This document shows positions 32,868 through 42,588 of a stretch of DNA of 64,000 bases, in pieces. This DNA is from an uncultured Acidimicrobiia bacterium. GTDB lineage: Bacteria > Actinomycetota > Acidimicrobiia > Acidimicrobiales > AC-14. The stretch is from the NCBI GenBank assembly GCA_963836205.1, contig CAWIIV010000006.1, positions 544,001 to 608,000 on the forward strand. The letters are read 5' to 3'. The notes under the pieces are model-generated. The model was not told the origin of the DNA. It ran no database searches and saw only the letters and a list, made by a program, of their open reading frames with translations. Position 1 is the stretch's first letter; the number at the start of each line of letters is the position of its first letter. The translations under genes were made by a program, and so were the position numbers.

Positions 32868-33931
32868 GACCGGGAGAACGTCCCCCCGGCCACGGCCAGC
32901 AGCTGGCGGGCCTTGAGCTCGGTCTCGTCCCACTCGGACGCGGGGTCGGAGTCCCAGGTGATCCCGGCGCCGGTGCCCAGGTGGAGCTCGCCGTCGGCGG
33001 CCCAGAAGGTGCGGATGGCCACGTTGAGGTCGCCCGCGGCCCGGTCGGCGTCGACCCACCCCACCGCCCCGCAGTACACGTCTCGGGGCACCGGCTCCAG
33101 CGCCCGGATCACCCCGAGGGCGGCCAGCTTGGGGGCGCCCGTGACCGACCCGGGGGGGAACGTCGCCTCCAGCAGGTCGGCCCACCCCGCGCCCGGGCGC
33201 AGGCGGCCCCGCACCGTGCTCACCAGGTGGACCAGCCCCGGCTGCGACTCGACGTGCCACAGCGCCGGCACCTCCACCGAGCCGTACTCGCACACCCGCC
33301 CGAGGTCGTTGCGGACGAGGTCGACGATCATCACGTTCTCGGCCCGATCCTTCGCCGTCAGCCCGTCGGCCGTGATCGCGGTGCCCTTGATCGGCGAGGA
33401 CTCCACCACGTCGCCCCGCCGGCGGAGGAATCGCTCGGGCGAGGCGGAGGCCACCGCCATCGCCACCGCCACGTCCGCCGTCGGCAGCCGGACGAGGGCC
33501 TGGTGGGGGGCGGCGTGGGACGTGAACAGGGCCGCCCCCAGGTCGAGCACGTCGAAGCCCGGGGGCAGGGGCGCCGACAGCCGCCGGCACAGGTTCACCT
33601 GGTAGACGTCGCCGGCGGCGATGGCTTCCCGGATGGCCGCCACGCCCTTGACGTAGGCCGCCCGGTCGAGGCTCGACTCCCAGCCCTCGACCCGGGGCAC
33701 CGGCGCCCGCCCCACCGCCAGCCCCGCCGGCCATCCCGCCTCGGGTCGGGTGGAACGCTCGAAGCGGGCGCACACCGGCACCCCGTCGAACGGTAGGACG
33801 ACCGCCCACAGGCCGGTGCCGTCGAGGGCGGACACGTCGGAGGTCACGTCGAGCAGGCCGGTGAGGATCCGCCCGCCGACGATCGCCACGTCCCGGGTAG
33901 CGCCGTCGGTGGCGGCGCGGTGCGGCCTCAC
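32864..33931 (-). CDS. pabB: Chorismate-binding protein (PabB / anthranilate synthase component I family)
   Basis: GDVYQVNL, SPERFL, PIKGT, ENVMIVDLVRNDLG, PPGSVTGAPK and GAGIT motifs. Confidence 0.85.
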   Translation of the reverse strand: MRPHRAATDGATRDVAIVGGRILTGLLDVTSDVSALDGTGLWAVVLPFDGVPVCARFERSTRPEAGWPAGLAVGRAPVPRVEGWESSLDRAAYVKGVAAIREAIAAGDVYQVNLCRRLSAPLPPGFDVLDLGAALFTSHAAPHQALVRLPTADVAVAMAVASASPERFLRRRGDVVESSPIKGTAITADGLTAKDRAENVMIVDLVRNDLGRVCEYGSVEVPALWHVESQPGLVHLVSTVRGRLRPGAGWADLLEATFPPGSVTGAPKLAALGVIRALEPVPRDVYCGAVGWVDADRAAGDLNVAIRTFWAADGELHLGTGAGITWDSDPASEWDETELKARQLLAVAGGTFSRS

Positions 33932-34040
33932 CAGGCCAGCGTAGGGCCGGATGGCGAGATCCCGGTCCGGGCTCGCCCGCCCGCTCGGGGTCGGCCGGCG
34001 GCGATGCCGGGGGTCGGAGGAGCGGCGCTAGCCTCCCGGC

Positions 34041-35444
34041 GTGGGACGAGCCCTGAGGAGCGACGGAACCCGGGTCTGGCCCCTGCGCCTGCTCAAGGGC
34101 TCCATCGCGTTCCTGACGATCTGCGTGATCGCCGCCGCCGGCGGCTACATCTACGTACGCCACCAGTTGGGGAGGATCAACCGGCTCGTCATCCCCGGCC
34201 TCGACGACGACGGCGACGTCATGAACGTGCTCCTCGTCGGCTCCGACAGCCGGGAGCGGGTCACCGGCGACCTGGCCGAGACGACCGGCAAGGACGAGGT
34301 CAGCGGCCAGCGCAGCGACACCATCATGGTGCTGCACGTCGATCCCCACCAGAAGAAGGCGGCCATCTTCTCCATCCCCCGCGACCTCTACGTGCCGATC
34401 GCGGGCACCGACTACTCCGACCGCGTCAACACGTCCTTCGCCGTCGGGGGGGCGGCCGGTCTCATCGCCACCGTGGAGGAGGCCCTCGGCTTCCCGATCA
34501 ACCACTACGTGGAGATCGACTTCGTCGGCTTCCGCGACATCGTCAACGCGGTGCACGGCGTCAAGATCTACTTCCCGTCGCCCGTGCGGGACGAGGTCGC
34601 GGGACTGTTCGTCGACGATCCCGGGTGCGTCGAGCTCGACGGCGACGCCGGCCTGGCATTCGTCCGCAGCCGCAACTACGAGACCTACGAGGCGGGCGAG
34701 TGGCAGACCGACCCCACCGCCGACCTCGGCCGCATCCAGCGCCAGCAGGACTTCATCCGGCGCATGCTGCGCAAAGCGGTGTCGTCCGGCCTCAGCAACC
34801 CCCTCACCCTGAACCGGCTCATCGGCATCGGCGTGCGCGACGTCACGCTCGACGCGGAGATGACCACCGGCGACATCGTCCGCCTGGCCCGGCGGTTCAA
34901 GTCCCTCGACGCCAACACGGTCGACATGCTCACCTTCCCCACCGAGCCGGCCGACATCGGAGGCGCGTCGGTGCTGCTCCTCAAGGACGAGGAGGCCCGG
35001 CCCTACATCGACCGCCTCAACGGGTTGGCCCTTCCGGACGACCTCGACCCGGGGTCGGTGCAGCCGGCCGACATCCGGGTGCGGGTGCTCAACGGCTACG
35101 GGGCCGACGGCGTGGCCACCGAGGCCGCGGTGGGCCTCACCGGAGCCGGATTCAACGTGGCCGACCGAGGCGACGCCGACTCGTACAACTACTCGGCCAC
35201 CGTCATCCGGTACGCGCCGGGAGCGGCGGTCAAGGCCGACCTGCTCAACACCTACGTCGACGGCGGGGCGGTCATCGAGCAGGACTCGTCGCTGCGCACG
35301 GTCGACCTGACGTTGGTGCTCGGTTCCGACTACACCGGGCTGGTGAGCCCCAGCGCCACCGACTCCACCGTTCCGCCCACCACCGCGGTCGCGCCCGACG
35401 ACGCATCGCCGCCGAAGGGCGCCGCCGCCGGCCCCTCGTGCTGA
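34041..35444 (+). CDS. LCP (LytR-CpsA-Psr) family protein with a LytR_C domain
   Basis: TM helix, NVLLVGSDSR, RSDTIMV, SIPRD, DLGRIQRQQ and VRVLNG motifs. Confidence 0.92.
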   Translation: MGRALRSDGTRVWPLRLLKGSIAFLTICVIAAAGGYIYVRHQLGRINRLVIPGLDDDGDVMNVLLVGSDSRERVTGDLAETTGKDEVSGQRSDTIMVLHVDPHQKKAAIFSIPRDLYVPIAGTDYSDRVNTSFAVGGAAGLIATVEEALGFPINHYVEIDFVGFRDIVNAVHGVKIYFPSPVRDEVAGLFVDDPGCVELDGDAGLAFVRSRNYETYEAGEWQTDPTADLGRIQRQQDFIRRMLRKAVSSGLSNPLTLNRLIGIGVRDVTLDAEMTTGDIVRLARRFKSLDANTVDMLTFPTEPADIGGASVLLLKDEEARPYIDRLNGLALPDDLDPGSVQPADIRVRVLNGYGADGVATEAAVGLTGAGFNVADRGDADSYNYSATVIRYAPGAAVKADLLNTYVDGGAVIEQDSSLRTVDLTLVLGSDYTGLVSPSATDSTVPPTTAVAPDDASPPKGAAAGPSC

Positions 35445-37537
35445 CGCCCCCGGGCCGGCCCGGTGCCCGCCGGCCGGCGATCCTCGCCCCCCGCGCCGCC
35501 GGCGACAGCGGCGGGGTCGACGACGAGTCGGACGATCTCGACGAAGGGGCCGGCGACGACGAGGTCGACGAGGTCGACGAGTCCGTCGCCGCGGTCGACG
35601 ACGAGGCCGAGGCCACCCGGGCCTACGCCACCTACGACGGCTTGTCGTTGGAGGACGCCACCGCCTACGAAGACGACGACCACGACGACGACCCGTACGA
35701 CGAGGTGTCCACCGTCGGGGAGACGTCCGCCGACGAGCCGTCGTACGACCTGGACGACGACGCGGGCGACGACTGGGACGACGACGACGGGCCCGACCCA
35801 CGCCGCTTCGCCGCACCCGTCGCCTTCGACGACGTCGCCGCCGACGACCACGCCGCCGACGACCACGCCTTCGACGACGACGCCTTCGACGACGACGCAT
35901 TCGACGACGACGCCTTCGCCGACGACTACGACGACGAGCCCGCCCCGGCCTGGGCGCCGAGGGCGGGCGGTCCCACCCGCCCCGGCCCGCCCGGGAGGCC
36001 GCCCCGGGCGCCCCGGGCGGTGGTGCTCAAGCAGCGCCGCCGTCGCCGACGCTTCCTCATCGGGCTGACGTTCTTCCTGTCGGCCACCATCACCATGGTC
36101 GGCAGCGGCTTCGTCTACCTGCAGTTCCGCCTGGGCCAGATCCCCCGGGTCGACGTCCCCAGCCTGGTCGGGGACCGGGACGGGGGGGTGATGAACGTGC
36201 TCCTGGTCGGGTCCGACAGCAGGGACCGGCTGGAGGGCAAGGAGGCCCTGCAGGCGGGCAAGGGGTCGGTCTCCGGCCAGCGCAGCGACACGATCATGGT
36301 GCTGCACATCGATCCCCAGCAGGAGCAGGCGGCCATCCTCTCCATCCCCCGCGACCTGTACGTGCCGATCGCGGGCGAGGGCTACTCCGACCGGGTCAAC
36401 GCCGCCTTCGCCCTCGGTGGGGCGCAGGGCCTGATCGAGACGATCCAGCAGTCGCTCGGCATCACCATCAACCACTACGTGGAGGTCGACTTCGTCGGCT
36501 TCAAGGACATCGTCGACGCGGTGGGCGGGGTCAAGCTCTACCTGCCGGCGTGGGTGCGGGACTTCACCAGCGGCCTCGACCTGCACGAGATCGGCTGCGT
36601 GGAGGTCGACGGCACCCAGGGGCTGGCGTGGGTCCGCAGCCGCAACTTCGAGTACCTGCTCCCCGACGGGCTCACCTGGACCACCGATCCCCGGGCCGAC
36701 CTGGGTCGGATCGAGCGGCAGCAGGACTTCATCCGCCGGATGCTCAAGAAGGCCCTCTCCTCGGGCATCACCAACCCCCTCCAGCTCAACAAGCTCATCG
36801 GCATCGGCGTGCGCGACGTCACCCTCGACGAGACCCTGTCGACCAAGGACATCACCACCCTGGCCCGCCGGTTCAACAACCTCGACGCCGACAGCGTCGC
36901 CCTCCTCACCCTCCCCACCACACCCGACGACATCGACGGGGCGTCGGTGCTCCTGCTCCGGGAGGACGAGGCCCAGCCCTACCTCGACCGCATCAACGGC
37001 CTGGAGGGGGCGCCGCTGCCCAGTCCCGGCGGAGAGACGCCGGCGGCCGGGCCGACGACCACGCTGCCCGCCGACTCCCTGCTGTATCCGGAGGACGTCG
37101 AGATCCGGGTGCTCAACGGCGAGGGCACGCCGGGAGCGGCAGCCGAGGCCGCCCGCGCCCTGGCGAGCGCCGGCTTCGTCATCGACGGCACCGGTGACGC
37201 GACCGCGACCGCGCGCACGACCATCCGTCACCCGGCCGACGCCCTGGCCCCGGCCCAGGTGCTCCAGCGGTCCCTCGCCGGCGGCGCCGAACTGGTGGTC
37301 GACGACACGGTCACCGGCACCGATGTCGTCCTCGTGATCGGCGCCGACTACGACGGCCTCACCGTGGGCCCGGTCACCCCCGTCCCCCGGCCAGCGACGA
37401 CGGTGCCGGCGGTGCCGGCGATGACCACCACCGTCGCCGGTGACGGGTCGACCACCACCACGTCGGACCCGACCACCACCACCATCCCGCCGACCACGCT
37501 CGGGCCCACCACCCTCCCCCCGGGCGTGGACTGCTGA
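35438..37537 (+). CDS. Second LCP family protein with a long Asp-rich N-terminal region and a Thr/Pro-rich tail
   Basis: Same LCP and LytR_C motifs. GTG 35438 overlaps the previous stop. The start is uncertain. Confidence 0.88.
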   Translation: MLTPPGRPGARRPAILAPRAAGDSGGVDDESDDLDEGAGDDEVDEVDESVAAVDDEAEATRAYATYDGLSLEDATAYEDDDHDDDPYDEVSTVGETSADEPSYDLDDDAGDDWDDDDGPDPRRFAAPVAFDDVAADDHAADDHAFDDDAFDDDAFDDDAFADDYDDEPAPAWAPRAGGPTRPGPPGRPPRAPRAVVLKQRRRRRRFLIGLTFFLSATITMVGSGFVYLQFRLGQIPRVDVPSLVGDRDGGVMNVLLVGSDSRDRLEGKEALQAGKGSVSGQRSDTIMVLHIDPQQEQAAILSIPRDLYVPIAGEGYSDRVNAAFALGGAQGLIETIQQSLGITINHYVEVDFVGFKDIVDAVGGVKLYLPAWVRDFTSGLDLHEIGCVEVDGTQGLAWVRSRNFEYLLPDGLTWTTDPRADLGRIERQQDFIRRMLKKALSSGITNPLQLNKLIGIGVRDVTLDETLSTKDITTLARRFNNLDADSVALLTLPTTPDDIDGASVLLLREDEAQPYLDRINGLEGAPLPSPGGETPAAGPTTTLPADSLLYPEDVEIRVLNGEGTPGAAAEAARALASAGFVIDGTGDATATARTTIRHPADALAPAQVLQRSLAGGAELVVDDTVTGTDVVLVIGADYDGLTVGPVTPVPRPATTVPAVPAMTTTVAGDGSTTTTSDPTTTTIPPTTLGPTTLPPGVDC
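35823..35932 (+). repeat. Intragenic 15-bp (5-aa DDxAF/DDxAA) tandem repeat
   Basis: Translates as AFDDVAADDHAADDHAFDDDAFDDDAFDDDAFADDY. Confidence 0.8.
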
Positions 37538-37584
37538 CGGCGGAGGTTCGCCCACCGTCGGCGGGTCCCGTAGCGTTGGAGCCC

Positions 37585-38619
37585 GTGAGACTCCTCGTCA
37601 CCGGCGGCGCCGGGTTCATCGGCGCCAACTTCGTCCGCTACTGGACCCAGAACCACTCCCGCGACCACGTCGTGGCCTACGACCTGCTCACCTACGCCGG
37701 CAACCTGGCCAACCTCGACGACGTCCGCGACCGCATCGCATTCGTCCGGGGCGACATCGGCGACCTCGAGGGCACCGAGCGCACCCTGCGCGAGCACAAG
37801 ATCGACGTGATCGTGAACTTCGCGGCCGAGTCCCACAACAGCCTGGCCGTGCTCGACCCGGGCCGGTTCTTCCGCACCAACGTGATCGGCACCCAGACCC
37901 TCCTGGAGGCGGCCCGGCGGGCGGGCGGCATCACCCGCTTTCACCACATCTCCACGTGCGAGGTCTACGGCGACCTCGACCTCGACACCGACGAGATGTT
38001 CCACGAGGACTCGCCCTACCGGCCCCGCACCCCCTACAACGCGTCCAAGGCGGGGGCCGACCACGCGGTGCGGGCCTACTACGAGACGTTCGGCCTGCCC
38101 GTCACCCTCACCAACTGCTGCAACAACTACGGGCCCTACCAGTTCCCGGAGAAGGTCATCCCCCTGTTCACCTGCAACGCCATCGACGACCAGCCCCTGC
38201 CGCTGTACGCGTCGACCCAGAACCGGCGGGAGTGGCTGCACGTGATCGACCACTGCCGGGCGGTGGAGGCGGTGCTGCTCGAGGGCCGGGTGGGCGAGAC
38301 CTACCACGTGGGCAGCGGCGTCGAGCGCAGCATCCTCGAGATCGCCGACGTCGTGCTGGCCACGCTGGGCAAGCCGGAGTCGCTCAAGACCATCGTCCCC
38401 GACCGGCCCGGCCACGACCGCCGCTACCTGCTCGACTCGTCGAAGATCGCGTCCGAGCTGGGCTGGAAGCCAACCATCCCCTTCGACCAGGGGCTGGCGG
38501 AGACGGTGCAGTGGTACGCGGCCAACCGGGCCTGGTGGGAGCCGCTCATGGACCGGGCCCCCGTCGAGGAGGGCACCGCCTGGGACGAGCCCGTCGACGC
38601 CCAGAGCCTGGACCTGTGA
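37585..38619 (+). CDS. rfbB: dTDP-glucose 4,6-dehydratase
   Basis: VTGGAGFIGANF, LTYAGN, FAAESH, PYNASKA and QFPEKVIP motifs. Confidence 0.93.
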   Translation: MRLLVTGGAGFIGANFVRYWTQNHSRDHVVAYDLLTYAGNLANLDDVRDRIAFVRGDIGDLEGTERTLREHKIDVIVNFAAESHNSLAVLDPGRFFRTNVIGTQTLLEAARRAGGITRFHHISTCEVYGDLDLDTDEMFHEDSPYRPRTPYNASKAGADHAVRAYYETFGLPVTLTNCCNNYGPYQFPEKVIPLFTCNAIDDQPLPLYASTQNRREWLHVIDHCRAVEAVLLEGRVGETYHVGSGVERSILEIADVVLATLGKPESLKTIVPDRPGHDRRYLLDSSKIASELGWKPTIPFDQGLAETVQWYAANRAWWEPLMDRAPVEEGTAWDEPVDAQSLDL

Positions 38620-38623
38620 CCTG

Positions 38624-39475
38624 ATGCGGGTGCTCGTCACCGGTGCCGGCGGGCAGTTGGGGCGGGAGGTGGTCGACGCCTTCCAGGCGGCCGGTCCGCA
38701 CCACGAGGTGCTGGCCTGTTCCCACGGGATGCTCGACGTCGGCGACCGCGACGCCTGCCTGCAGGTGATCCCCACGTTCGCCCCCGACGCGGTGGTGCAC
38801 GCCGCCGCCTGGACCGACGTCGACGGGTGTGAGACCGACCCCGACCGGGCCTGGCGGGTGAACGCCCTCGGCACCCGGCACGTGGCCGAGGCGTCCCGCC
38901 TGGTCGGCGCGAGGGTCTGCTACGTGTCGACCGACTACGTCTTCGACGGCACCGGCCACCGCCCGTACCAGGAGTGGGACGAAACCAACCCGCTGTCGGT
39001 CTACGGCCGGTCGAAGCGGGCGGGCGAGGCCGCCCTGGGGCCTCACGACACCATCCTGCGCACGTCGTGGGTGTGCGGGCGCCACGGGCACAACTTCGTC
39101 AAGACCGTCCTCCGCCTGGTCGGCGCGGGCACGGAGATGAAAGTGGTCGACGACCAGCACGGATGCCCGTCGTTCGCCGAAGACCTGGCCGGGATGATCT
39201 ACCGCCTGGTCGTCGGCCACCGCCCGGGACTGTTCCACGTGACCAACCAGGGACCCACCACCTGGTACCGGTTCGCGGTCGACATCGCCGCCGCCGCCGG
39301 CCTCGACCCGGCCCTGGTGCGGCCCATTTCCACCGCCGAGCTTCACCCGCCCCGGCCCGCCCCCCGGCCGGCCAACTCCGTGCTCGACAACACCGCCCTC
39401 CGCCTGTCCGGCGTCCCCCTGCTCGACGACCACCACGTCCCCCTCGAGCGGCTGGTGAAGGAGCTGACGTCATGA
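38624..39475 (+). CDS. rfbD: dTDP-4-dehydrorhamnose reductase
   Basis: VTGAGGQLG, AAWTDVDGCE, STDYVFDG, VYGRSK and APRPANSVLD motifs. Confidence 0.93.
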   Translation: MRVLVTGAGGQLGREVVDAFQAAGPHHEVLACSHGMLDVGDRDACLQVIPTFAPDAVVHAAAWTDVDGCETDPDRAWRVNALGTRHVAEASRLVGARVCYVSTDYVFDGTGHRPYQEWDETNPLSVYGRSKRAGEAALGPHDTILRTSWVCGRHGHNFVKTVLRLVGAGTEMKVVDDQHGCPSFAEDLAGMIYRLVVGHRPGLFHVTNQGPTTWYRFAVDIAAAAGLDPALVRPISTAELHPPRPAPRPANSVLDNTALRLSGVPLLDDHHVPLERLVKELTS

Positions 39476-39659
39476 TCGACATCGCCGTCATCAAGGTGAC
39501 CTGCGCCGATGTGAACCCAAGCGGGCCCAGCTCCTCATCGCCGACCCGACCTCGGCCGAGATGATCACGTACGCGTGCAACTCCCTCCTGGCGGCCAAGG
39601 TGTCGTTCGTCAACGCCATCGCCAACGGGTTCCAGTACTCGGGCCGTGCCGGCACCTGA
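39472..39659 (+). pseudogene. ugd: Collapsed remnant of UDP-glucose/GDP-mannose 6-dehydrogenase
   Basis: Fragments MIDIAVI, KVTCADV, DPTSAEMITYACNSLLAAKVSFVNAIAN and GFQYSGR match the start, beta-2 strand, central helix (SAEMIKYASNAFLATKISFxNxIAN) and end of a ~430-aa Ugd. Confidence 0.7.
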
Positions 39660-40548
39660 GATCCCGGGCCGCGGCCACCGGCCGTGCTCCGAAGTGGCCG
39701 CCGTGATCGTCAACTTCAACGCACGCGACCATGTGATCGAGTGCGTGCGCAGCCTGCGGGCCGACGGGGTGGGCGATGTGGTCGTCGTCGACAACGCCTC
39801 CTCGGACGGGTCGGCGGACGCGCTGGCCGCCTCCGACCCCGACACCCGGTTCCTGCCAACCGGTTCCAACCTCGGCTTCGGCACCGCGGCCAACGTGGGC
39901 GTGGCCAACACCGGGTCCGCCTTCGTCCTGATCCTCAACCCCGACACCATCGTGGAGCCGGGCACCACCAAGGCCCTGGCCGCCGCCCTCGACAACGACC
40001 ACCGCCTGGCCGCGGTGGGTCCCCGGGTCGACAACCCCGACGGCACCCTCTACCCGTCGGTCCGGCGCTTCCCCCGGATGACCGACGCCGCCGGCCACGC
40101 CTTCCTCGCCTTCTTCTGGCGGGGGAACCCGTTCACCCGGCGCTACCGGATGCTCGACTGGAACCACGCCGAGGCGAGCGAGGTCGACTGGGTCAGCGGG
40201 GCGTGCGTGCTCGTGCGGCGCACCGCGTTCGAGCAGGTCGGCGGCTTCGACCCCGCCTATTTCATGTACGTGGAGGACGTCGACCTGTGCTGGCGGCTGC
40301 GCCAGGCGGGATGGAAGGTCGGCTACGAGCCCGCGGGCCGGGTGGTGCACGCCGTCGGCGCCTCCAGCCAGCTCGCCCCCTACCGCATGATCCTGGCCCA
40401 CCACCGCTCGCTCCTGCGCTTCGCCAACCGCACGACGACCGGCTCCGGACGGGCCCTCCTGCCCGCGGTGGCGGCCGGGCTGGGCGTGCGAACGGTCCTG
40501 GCCTGGGCCCAGCACCGCCTCGACCGCCGACCTCCTGCCACGCACTGA
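39646..40548 (+). CDS. GT2 glycosyltransferase (WbbL-like rhamnosyltransferase)
   Basis: VIVNFN, VVDNASSDGS, NLGFG, LNPD, DWVSGAC and YFMYVEDVDLCWR motifs. Start is 39646 or 39694. Confidence 0.88.
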   Translation: MPAPEIPGRGHRPCSEVAAVIVNFNARDHVIECVRSLRADGVGDVVVVDNASSDGSADALAASDPDTRFLPTGSNLGFGTAANVGVANTGSAFVLILNPDTIVEPGTTKALAAALDNDHRLAAVGPRVDNPDGTLYPSVRRFPRMTDAAGHAFLAFFWRGNPFTRRYRMLDWNHAEASEVDWVSGACVLVRRTAFEQVGGFDPAYFMYVEDVDLCWRLRQAGWKVGYEPAGRVVHAVGASSQLAPYRMILAHHRSLLRFANRTTTGSGRALLPAVAAGLGVRTVLAWAQHRLDRRPPATH

Positions 40549-40680
40549 CCCGGCGCCGGAGGCCCCGACCCCCTCGACGGTCTCCGCTACGCTGGCCGTT
40601 CCGGGCGGTTTCGGGGCCTCGCTCCGGCGTGTGGCCTGCGCCTGGGATACCTCGGCCGTCCGAGTACCTTCGAGGGGGTC

Positions 40681-41472
40681 ATGGGAAAGGCATCGTCAAG
40701 CAAGAAGGTCGCGCGCGCCGCTCGTACCGGTGGCGGCCGCACGCGCCGGGGGTCGTCGTCGTGGCTGTGGCCGGCGCTGATGGCCATCATCGTGGTCCTC
40801 GGCACGGCCGGGGTCGTCTACTCGCGTGAGCAGCGCCAGCCCGATACCAGCCGACCGCTCGCCAGCGGGGCCGGCTCGCAGGGCGACCACTGGCACGCCG
40901 CCATCGGCTTCTACATCTGCGGCACGTTCCAGCCCAACATCTCCGAGGCCGCCGACCCCCTGGGCATCCACACCCACGACGACGGCATCGTGCACATCCA
41001 CCCCTTCTCGTCCCGGGCCGCGGGCAAGAACGCCAAGCTGAGCGTGTACTTCGACACCGTGAAGGTCGACGTCTCCAACGACGAGCTCAAGCTCCCGGGA
41101 CAGGACAAGAAGAGCAACGGCGACGAGTGCGACGGCAAGGCCGCCACCGTCCAGGTCAAGACGTGGCCGTCGAGGGGCCCCGACGAGAAGGGCACCCTGT
41201 TCACGGGCGACCCGGGCGACATCCGCCTTACCGACAACCAGCTGATCACGGTGGCCTTCGTCCCCGACGGCACCGAGATCCCCCGCCCGCCGTCGGAACC
41301 GCAGCTCGACAACCTCAGTGACATCGCCACCACGCCGGTGCCCGACGAGCTCACATCGACCACCATCGCCCCCCCGGAGGGCACCACGACCGATTCCTCG
41401 GTTCCCTCCGACTCCACGACCATCCCGCCCGAGACGACCGTTCCGCCCGAGACGCCGCCGCCCGCCCCGTGA
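40681..41472 (+). CDS. Conserved membrane-anchored hypothetical protein with His-rich motifs
   Basis: Basic N-terminus, TM helix, DHWHAA and GIHTHDDGIVHIHPF motifs, and a Pro/Thr tail. Confidence 0.8.
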   Translation: MGKASSSKKVARAARTGGGRTRRGSSSWLWPALMAIIVVLGTAGVVYSREQRQPDTSRPLASGAGSQGDHWHAAIGFYICGTFQPNISEAADPLGIHTHDDGIVHIHPFSSRAAGKNAKLSVYFDTVKVDVSNDELKLPGQDKKSNGDECDGKAATVQVKTWPSRGPDEKGTLFTGDPGDIRLTDNQLITVAFVPDGTEIPRPPSEPQLDNLSDIATTPVPDELTSTTIAPPEGTTTDSSVPSDSTTIPPETTVPPETPPPAP

Positions 41473-42578
41473 CCTTGCACGCGGTCGTGCTGCTGGGGGG
41501 GATCGGCACCCGGTTGCGCCCGCTCACCTACTCGATGCCGAAACAGGCGCTGCCGATCGCCGAGATACCGATGATCGAGCGCGTCCTCGCCCACCTGCTC
41601 GAGCACGGGGTCACGGGGGCGGTGCTCTCCCTGGGCTACCTCCACCAGGCGTTCGCCACCCTGTTCGAGAGCGGGCGCTTCCACACGATGGAGGTATCGT
41701 TCGCGGTGGAGCCGGAGCCGCTCGACACGGCCGGGGCCATCCGCTTCGCGGCGGCCGAGGCCGGGATCGACGAGCGCTTCCTCGTCGTCAACGGCGACGT
41801 CCTCACCGACCTCGACATCACCGCCATGCTCGAGTTCCACGACTCCCGGGACGGGGCCGAGGCCACCATCGCCCTGGCCCACGTCGCCGACTCGTCCGCC
41901 TTCGGCCTGGTCATCACCGACGGCGCCGACGGCCGGGTGGAGCGGTTCGTGGAGAAGCCGCCCGCCGACCAGGCCGGTCCCGGCGACGTCAACGCCGGAA
42001 CCTACGTGTTCGAGCCTCGGGCGCTCGACCGCATCGCCGAAGGCCGGCGGGTATCGGTGGAGCGGGAGGTGTTCCCGGGCATCGTGGCCGACCGGGCACT
42101 CTTCGCCTTCCCGTCGCCCGACTACTGGACCGACACCGGCACGCCCACGCAGTACCTCCAGGCCCAGCTCGACATCGTCGGCGGCCACCGGCCCGGCCCC
42201 CCGGCGCCGGGCGCAGTCTCCGACGGCCACGGCGTCTGGCGGATGGGACGGGTCACGGTGGAGGGCGACGTCCAGGCGCCGGCCCTCCTCGGCGTCGACG
42301 CCCGGATCGCGGTGGCGGCCATGGTGCGCAACTCGGTGGTGGGTGCGGGCGCCATCGTCGACGAGGGGGCAGTGGTCGTCGACTCCGTCCTCCTCCCGGG
42401 GGCGTGGGTGGCGGCCTATGCCGCCGTCCGGGGCTCGATCGTGGGTCCGGGGGCGGTGATCGGGGAGGGCGCGTCGGTCACCGGCGGCTCGGTCGTCGGC
42501 GCCGGCATCAAGGTCGACCCCGGGTCCAACATCGTGGGCGCCCGGGTTCCCGCCGGCGTGGTCGCGGAAACGGGCTGA
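41469..42578 (+). CDS. NDP-sugar synthase (mannose-1-phosphate guanylyltransferase-like)
   Basis: LGGIGTRLRPLT...PK, EPEPLDTAGAI, NGDVL, FVEKP and WTDTGTP motifs, and hexapeptide repeats. Confidence 0.9.
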   Translation: MTLHAVVLLGGIGTRLRPLTYSMPKQALPIAEIPMIERVLAHLLEHGVTGAVLSLGYLHQAFATLFESGRFHTMEVSFAVEPEPLDTAGAIRFAAAEAGIDERFLVVNGDVLTDLDITAMLEFHDSRDGAEATIALAHVADSSAFGLVITDGADGRVERFVEKPPADQAGPGDVNAGTYVFEPRALDRIAEGRRVSVEREVFPGIVADRALFAFPSPDYWTDTGTPTQYLQAQLDIVGGHRPGPPAPGAVSDGHGVWRMGRVTVEGDVQAPALLGVDARIAVAAMVRNSVVGAGAIVDEGAVVVDSVLLPGAWVAAYAAVRGSIVGPGAVIGEGASVTGGSVVGAGIKVDPGSNIVGARVPAGVVAETG

Positions 42579-42588
42579 GAGGCCCCCG

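Noticed and set aside
32043-35900. 1285-aa minus-strand ORF
   Set aside because: Antisense to the LCP genes and out of frame through pabB. Only 32043-32867 is coding.
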